Positions 56,903-64,000 of a stretch of 64,000 nt of DNA are shown here, piece after piece. The translations under genes were made by a program, and so were the position numbers. Below the pieces are notes generated by a model that saw nothing but the letters and a program-made list of their open reading frames with translations, did no database searches and was not told the origin of the DNA. Origin of the DNA: Eledone cirrhosa (Eukaryota). The stretch is taken from assembly GCA_964016885.1 (NCBI GenBank), contig OZ024741.1, positions 153,264,001 to 153,328,000 of the forward strand, written 5' to 3'. How positions within the stretch are numbered: the first letter of the stretch is position 1; each line of letters starts with the position of its first letter.

Positions 56903-57620
56903 GGACTGGATACTTTTATCGTTGCACCAAAAGGACCGCTTTACAATGTGGACTGGGTACTTTTTATTGTGGCATGAAAATTACCACTTTACAGTGTGGA
57001 CAGGGCACTTTTCACCATGGTACGAAAATGACCACTTTACTGTGTGGACTGGGTGCTCGTCATGTCACCAAAAAGACAACTTTACAGTGTTGACTAACGC
57101 AACCACTTTACAGGTTGGACTGTCTGCTTTTTGTCATGTCACCCTCATGACCTCTTTACTGGGTTGACTGGGCACGTTTTGTCATGGCACCAAAATAACC
57201 ACTTAACAGTGTGGCTTGGGTGCTATTTGTCATATCACCAAAGCAACCACTATACAGTGTGAACTGGGCCATTTTTGTCGTGTCACCAAAATAACCACTT
57301 TACAGTGTAGACAGTGCTTTTTTGTCATGTCTCTCTCATGACTACTTTACAGTGTGGACTGGATGCTTTTTGTTGTTTTACCAAAACAACCACTTTCATA
57401 GTGTGGACTGTGTACTTTTTATTGTGTCACCAAAACAACCACTTTACAGTGTGGACTTGGCGCTTTTGTCGTGTCAACAACGCGACCACTTTACAAGTTG
57501 GACTAGGTGCTTCTGTCATGTCACCCTCACAACCACAGGATGAACTGGGCGCTTTTTGTTGTGGCACCAAAACGACCACTTTATAGTATGGACTGGGCAT
57601 TTATTATTGTGTCACCAACA
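56903..57620. repeat. ~40-bp minisatellite derived from the RTE/SINE 3' UTR unit
   Basis: Repeated ACCACTTTACAGTGTGGACTGGGTGCTTTTTGTCATGTCACC; smaller array at ~49850-50060. Confidence 0.8.
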
Positions 57621-59627
57621 TGATATTCCACAAGGTATATATTTATGAGGTGGCAGGAAATGATTTGATAGAGATTTATCTGCTATTTCTTGCAGGTTCA
57701 GTGATCTTGTTGGTTCTGCTAGATTCTAATTATTTAATCTGGTGATCTTTCTAGGAATTTCCCATATTTTTATACATGAGGTACCCCATGTCCTATTTTT
57801 AAATCTGAAAGATGATTTGAGTAAGCTTTGACTGCTATTTCGAGGAGGTCAAGCAACTGTGCAGAGGATCTTTCTCTGGTTCCTTAGATTGTTGGTACAA
57901 AAATGTCTGGGAAACTGAAATCATTCAGAAAGTAAAGATTCAGCAATGAAAAGACAAAAACAAAACAAAACAAAAATGAATAAACAAACACCAAAGCAAT
58001 TAGAATTTCTAAAACACAAACAAGATTAAATGTTTAAGGAGAGTGATTTTGAGTTATTGTAACCTCGGTACTTAAATGTAATGAGAGTTATTATGCAGTC
58101 ACTCACCCTGCATAGAAAAGCAGCCAAATTCTCTCAAATCTTGTTTAGAAAACTGCTGCTATGAAAAAATGAATGAAGCTTCTACATAGCCACTTGAAAT
58201 GCAAATTGCATCTTCCCATCTTAATAATTCTGTACACACTAAAATATGTAGTTTTAAATATATAAATAGATGGGGTAGTCACAACTGGAATACTGTTGAT
58301 AATGGGCCAGTCTGCTTAACCAGATTTGACTTTCTTTTGGACTAAACAATAATAACAGTAATAAAAATGCAATTATCACAATCACAATATAAGCAAGGTA
58401 CAGCGCAGCCAGCTGGCCAGACATGCTTCAGGAATGGGACTACCCAGCCCCATGCTTTAAACGTGGTTGGTGTTAAGAAGAGAATCCAGCAACTGCAAAA
58501 ATCCACTAAAACACAGTACTGTTATGAACAAGTATGGTGCAACCAACTGGCCAGATCACTTTCATAACAAGATCATCAAGCTTCCAAAATACGGTTCCAC
58601 TATGAGAAGGGTACAGTACAGCCAATGGGACCACCCAGTTTCACACTATAAATGTTACGAAGGGCATCCAGCTATAAAAATCCCCAGCCAAAATACAGTT
58701 CCATTTGAGCAAAGCACGGTGCGGCCAACAGGCCAGGCTTGGCTCATAATGTACATGACTTGTTTAACCCATGTAAGCATAAAAAAAATAAACATTAAAC
58801 AGTGATGATGATGATATGCTGTCTCGGAGATCTAATTAGCAGTGGATGAGTATGCTCTAGGAGCATAATAGCTAGAAAAAGGAGAGGATGGATGAAGTTT
58901 AGAGAGCTGTTTCCACTGTTGACAAAAGGTTTATGCCCATGTACAAAAGGATGGCTGTATGAAACCTGTGTGCAAAGTACAATGCTGCATGATAGTGAAA
59001 TATGGGCTGTGACTGCAGAGGACATGCACAGGCTGGAGAGAAATGAAGCAACCATGCTTCCTTGGATGTGCAGTATAAATGTGAGAGAAAGGCAGAGCTT
59101 GGATGAACTAAGGGAGAAACAATCCTGTTGACTGGCCTTAGGTCAAATGCCATTTATCTTTTTATTACCATGTTAAATTGGCCAAAACCATGTGCTGATG
59201 TTTTGGTTGCTGTCGTAGTTGGTGGGGGTGGTGTGGTGCTGCAGTGTGGCTTTGGCTATTGCTGGCTACAGACATTTTTGTCTACACCCCACATGCCCCC
59301 CTTCCCCATACACTCTATGAACATGTGTGTGTGTGTGCATAAGTGAGTATATGTGTGGTGTGTATGGTTGTGAGTGAGTCTTCCCATGGGTGTGTGAATA
59401 TGTCTGTGTGTGTTAGTAGATATATACACACATACCATTCGAGCTAGGATGCCCCCAGATAAATTTCTGGTTTTGCTTGATTAACAAGCATGATGAGCAA
59501 ATTGGGGCAGGAATCAAGTCTATAACACAAATAAAGATCTTGAGCCACTCATCTGTAAAACATTTGTAACTGAGCCTAATCAATAAAAACCTCAATGTGA
59601 AACCTCATTTTATTTTTTTTTTAATTC

Positions 59628-59935
59628 AGACCGGGTGATGTGTGCTCAATTCTCAGACGGGGTGATGTGTTGTTTCCTTGAGCAAGACACTTTATTTCAC
59701 ATTGCTCCAGTTTACTCAGCTGTAGAAATGAGATGATAGGACTGGGGTCCATATCATTTCACTGCAAAGTGGTCGTGGAGGTGCCACGGCAAAAAAGCAC
59801 CCAGCACTCACTGTAAATGAGGTTGGTGTTAGGAAGGGCATCCAGCTGTAGAAATCAAGCCAAAATCAGTTTTCGTCCCACCCTTGCAAGCAGGGAAAAA
59901 GCGGACGTAAAAATGAAATGATGATGAATGATGAT
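59628..59935 (+). mobile_element. 5'-truncated CORE-like SINE with RTE-type tail
   Basis: Near-identical to 18555-18875 (reverse complement). Confidence 0.75.
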
Positions 59936-60016
59936 ATCATGAAGTGCTATTGGTTCCTTCCTCAGTAATCCACATCTACTGAATTGCGTAATATATTTTT
60001 TATATATTTATATATA

Positions 60017-62482
60017 CAGTGAGTCCTCGATATATGGTATATATGCGTTCCTGAAACCCTTACCGTATAAAGAACCCATTATAACATGAAATAGATAGGG
60101 ATGCGTTCCAGCACATCGAAAAAGTCATCCCTACAGAAAAGAAATAATGTTGTTTTTTTTATTTACTGTACCTTACACATGCCGCGTAGTCCATCAGATG
60201 ATGTGCCTCTTCATTTGTCCCTCCCGAGGCTAAGGGACAGTATGGGTTTCAGCCCTTACTCATCTTGGGCTGAGTTGGCAGGGAAGGATGAGGGTGACGT
60301 GGGAGGCTCAAAACCAACAAACTCTTTAACTGCAGTGGATGTTGAAGGGCCAACTGTAGCACAGTTGGCAGGTGTGACTGGCTTGAAGAAAGAGTAGATG
60401 GAGGACTGTTTGGCGGTGTTTCTTTTGGCTTCATACATTTCTTGGAAAATCTTGACGCTTTTCTCGACGTCTTGAGCTACTTTGCTGCTCCTAGCAGGGT
60501 TGGGGTCACGCTCCTTCAGGGTTTCTGAGATTGTTTCAATACTCCCGAGACATTCTCTTAGAGTTTTTATGTCCAAGCCACACACAGGTTCTTCTTCCTC
60601 CTCTTCTTCTTTTTCTGTCTCCTGTATCACCTTGTCTAGTTCTATGAGTTCATCATTGGAGAGTGGTTCAGCGTGGCTTTCCAAAAGGTCTTGCACATCA
60701 TCATCATTAACACCATCGAAGCCAGCTCTATGGCAGAGATTTACAATATCTTTTTTTATCGCACCAATGTCCTCAGCAAAGCCTTGGAAGTTTTTCACAC
60801 ATGCTGGCCATAATTTCTTCCAGGCCAAGTTCATGGTAGACTGCTTCACTTCTTCCCAAGATGCCTTGATGTTGTCTAAGCCATGCTTGATGTTGCACAA
60901 TTTCCACCTTTCCCTGATCGTGGGCTTATCAGGCCCATCTATGCCCTTTATCAGCTGCTGCATGGTTCTCCGCTGGTAGTGTGCCTTAAATGTTTTGATG
61001 TTTGATCCATCGGCTGAATGAGAGCTGTGGTGTTTGGGGGAGAAACAAAACCTCAATATTTTCTGACCAGTCTTCCATTGCTCGTGGGTGGCAGGGGGCA
61101 TTGTCCACTAATAACAGAAAACGGTTGGCAATGTTGTTAGCTAATGCATATTCCTTAAGGGTTGATGACAGATATGAGGTGAAAAATCCTGGTGAATTGA
61201 AGTGACCAGCCATGCCTTCTTATTAGACTTCCATATCACTGGTAGGTATTGCTTAAGTAACCCCTTGAGTGCTCTTGGAGTTTCAGAATGGTAGATAATG
61301 AATGGCTTTAGCTTTAAATCTCCTTCTGCATTCCCTCCAAGTAACAGAGTAACGCGGTCCTTTGAGGCTTTGAACCCCTTCGCACTTTTCTCCTCCTTGT
61401 CAATATAAGTATTACTGGTCATCTTTTTCCAATAAAGTCCTGTTTCATTATAATTATTAACCTGTTTTTTGCTGTACCCCTTCTCTGCAATGCATTTTTC
61501 TAACTCTGCCTTGAATTTTTCAGCACTCTCTTTGTCGGAACTGGCAGCCTCACCTGTAACTTTTATGTTGTGAAGACTCGAACGTTGTTTGAACTTATCA
61601 AACCAGCCTTTGCTTGCCTTGAATACAAAGTCCTCCACCCCATTTCAGTCTTGAGCCTGTCAATAATGGACAACGCTTTCTCACTGATTACATTTAAAGA
61701 CAGAGGCATATTTTGACGATTTTGGCCGTCTATCGAAATTTTGAGCAACCTTTCCATCCTATCCATAATCGGCTCACGATGTTTGGTCCACAATTTACTC
61801 TGTAGATTCGTAGCATTCTCCCCATTTTTTGACAGCCTCACTATTTTTTTAAAACAGTCCTGACTGTAGACTGAGCTAGGCCTAAGTTACGACTTATGGC
61901 GAACGTACCTTGCACCTGTTCCTTCCTTTTCAAAATGTCCAGCTTTATCTCCAAAGTCAGGCTCTTCCTCATGCGTTTGGCCTTTCCATCTGCATCAACA
62001 ATATTCGTAGGACGTTTTGGGGTTATAAGATATGCCGTGATAATTATGCTCCAAAAACACGCTGTCGGGTTTTCTCTTACTTTGAATGACGTCATAACTC
62101 TTAACTGGTCACTTCAGTTCGGCAAAAATTCTCTCACTGAGAGGACACGCTAGTTTGCCGAATTGAAGTGATCAGTTAAGAGTTATGACGTCATCGACCG
62201 ATATCTGAACTTGCTCATGATTGACCAGTTTCTCTGTAAGGTCAGTTAGTACGATAGCTGTAGTAACACAATTTTCATAGAATTCGAATTGCAGTCAGTT
62301 TCCACGAATTCAAGGGGGAATTTATTGCTTACTACAGGTGGCGCTACGGTACAATATAAACAAAACACCACCAAAAACCGTATCTGAATTTTTTTTACTG
62401 TAAATAGAATTGATGGTAGTAATTACCCAAAACCGTATCTGTGAATTTACCGGATAAAGAACTACCGTATATTGAGGACTCA

Positions 62483-62485
<3 letters not shown>
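60017..62485 (-). mobile_element. Tigger/pogo DNA transposon, full-length with frameshifted transposase
   Basis: TIRs CAGTGAGTCCTCGATATATGGTA / TACCGTATATTGAGGACTCACTG with TA flanks. HTH (RKSLTLEIKLDI), CENP-B HTH (FKASKGWFDKFK, GEAASSD), ETGLYWK, LLLVDNAPCH are spread over five ORFs. Confidence 0.92.
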
Positions 62486-62520
<35 letters not shown>

Positions 62521-62524
62521 TTAT

Positions 62525-62920
62525 ATGTATAGAAATTTCGTATTTTTAAAGAAATACGGTTTTAGGAAGCCGTAGCTATGCGAAAACGTGGGGGAGGGGG
62601 TCTAACGCCCTCTGGTGATGTCCAGCAGAAGCAAGGGGGACAACCGTCTATGCATTTCAGGCTTAACTAGCCTTCCGCAGGACGATCCCTCCCACAGACG
62701 AGAAAACTATATATTCTCGGCTGTCTTCTAGTCCAGCAGTCGCAAGCAGTGGGAGGGATCGTCCTGGCGAAGGCTAGTTAAGCCTGAAAGGCATAGACGG
62801 TTGTTCCCCTTGCTTCTGCTGGACATCACCAGAGGGCGTTAGCCACCCCCACCCTTGGTGTTTGCATAGCTACGGCTTCCTAAAACCGTATTTCTTTAGA
62901 AATATGAAATTCCTATACAT
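62525..62920. mobile_element. ~400-bp fold-back MITE
   Basis: ~170-bp highly similar inverted arms (e.g. AAATACGGTTTTAGGAAGCCGTAGCTATGC / GCATAGCTACGGCTTCCTAAAACCGTATTT). Confidence 0.8.
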
Positions 62921-63446
62921 CTATATATATAAAGCTGTGGTTGTCTGTCTGTCTATCGATTTTTGGCACACATCTCCTCTTAGAATCTCTGACGGAATTG
63001 CACCGAAATTGCTATACTTGTACATTGAGCCCTAGCGAAGACATCGGAAAAAAAATATTTCAAATTGACCCACCCTATGTGACGAAATCGAATCTAATGT
63101 ATCGATTTTTGAGCGTAAGTGACGAGTTATTTCCCTTTGTTCTGTTTACATTGAGCGTCTTACGTTGTTTTTCTCTGCGTTGCAGTGTTTACATTTTCGA
63201 TCTTTGTTAATAAATAACCAGTGCAGTTTTTATCCCCAGCATCCTCTTTTGTTATAACATTCGGGTTATCGTTATGTTTTCTTAACTTCATAAGGCATAT
63301 TGTTGGTTGAGGGAATATTAATCAAAAACACCACATGCAAGTCTGCACAGTAGACACTACAGTTTTTAAGCCAAAAAAGAAACTTAACATTGTAACTTTA
63401 ACACAGCTACTGAGCGACCCCGAGCAACGCCGGGCTTTACTGCTAG
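62920..63446 (+). mobile_element. Non-autonomous Helitron
   Basis: 5' TCTATATATATAAAG..(TGTC)n; 3' CCCGAGCAACGCCGGG hairpin + CTAG|T. Confidence 0.7.
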
Positions 63447-64000
63447 TATTGTATAAAGCTATGCTTGAAGCGAAATCTTATTTCTTTTCTATTTATTTAT
63501 ATATTTACATATATATATATATACTGTTTACACTTGTGTAAAAGTTAAATTTTTTAGACCTTTTTTAAGGTTAAATTTATGAGGTTAACTATTACATGGA
63601 TACTTCTTTTGGGGAGCTTGAAATTCAAACCAGAATCCAAAGTATCATATCAGTAGCAGAAGCCCAACTGATCTCTAAATGAATAAAAACAAAAACAAGG
63701 AATTACAGTAGTATTACTGATTTATGCATCAAACCCACCCACCCACCTCCCTCACCATGTAAACAGAAGATGAGATGAGTGCTAACGCATGTGTTTATTG
63801 TGTTTGAAACTGAGAAAAATATAAAGGTTGTAGGCTTGCAGCACATCTTGTGCATACATTTTAGTAATGCTCATGTAGCACTCATCAACAGATGTGTAGT
63901 GCTTGCTATTATATGGTGTTTTACTATAAGCACCAAACATTCCAACTATAGGGCAGGCTACAGTTAGGTAGGCACACGTTTAGGAAAATTTTTAGTTCAG

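Noticed and set aside
57889-57950. Possible LYRM7 last exon (NCWYKNVWETE...)
   Set aside because: No resemblance to the LYRM7 C-terminus; the true exon probably lies beyond the window

Overview
AT-rich, repeat-dense animal genomic DNA, most likely a coleoid cephalopod (Octopus-like SINE/RTE families and (TA)n/(CAT)n microsatellites; this is inferred). Two spliced protein-coding genes sit head-to-head around ~42.2 kb. One is a TMEM232 orthologue on the minus strand: 14 phase-compatible coding exons, 39750->4642, about 701 aa, last exon tentative. The other is LYRM7/MZM1 on the plus strand: 4 exons seen, 42241->53431, last exon not found. They share a ~100-bp region with an RFX X-box. An intron-containing tRNA-Arg(CCT) lies at 270-366 (-). 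The introns hold an intact RTE LINE (APE-RT-PHD finger), CR1, CRE-like, Penelope, Tigger, mariner, Helitron, MITE and SINE copies. The most notable signal is a cluster of hammerhead-ribozyme-bearing non-coding retroelements in the last TMEM232 intron. It includes a 542-bp-period retrozyme-like unit with a complete type I hammerhead, and a perfect 100-bp palindrome folded exactly on a hammerhead stem-III motif. Homology calls come from recalled protein motifs, not database searches.
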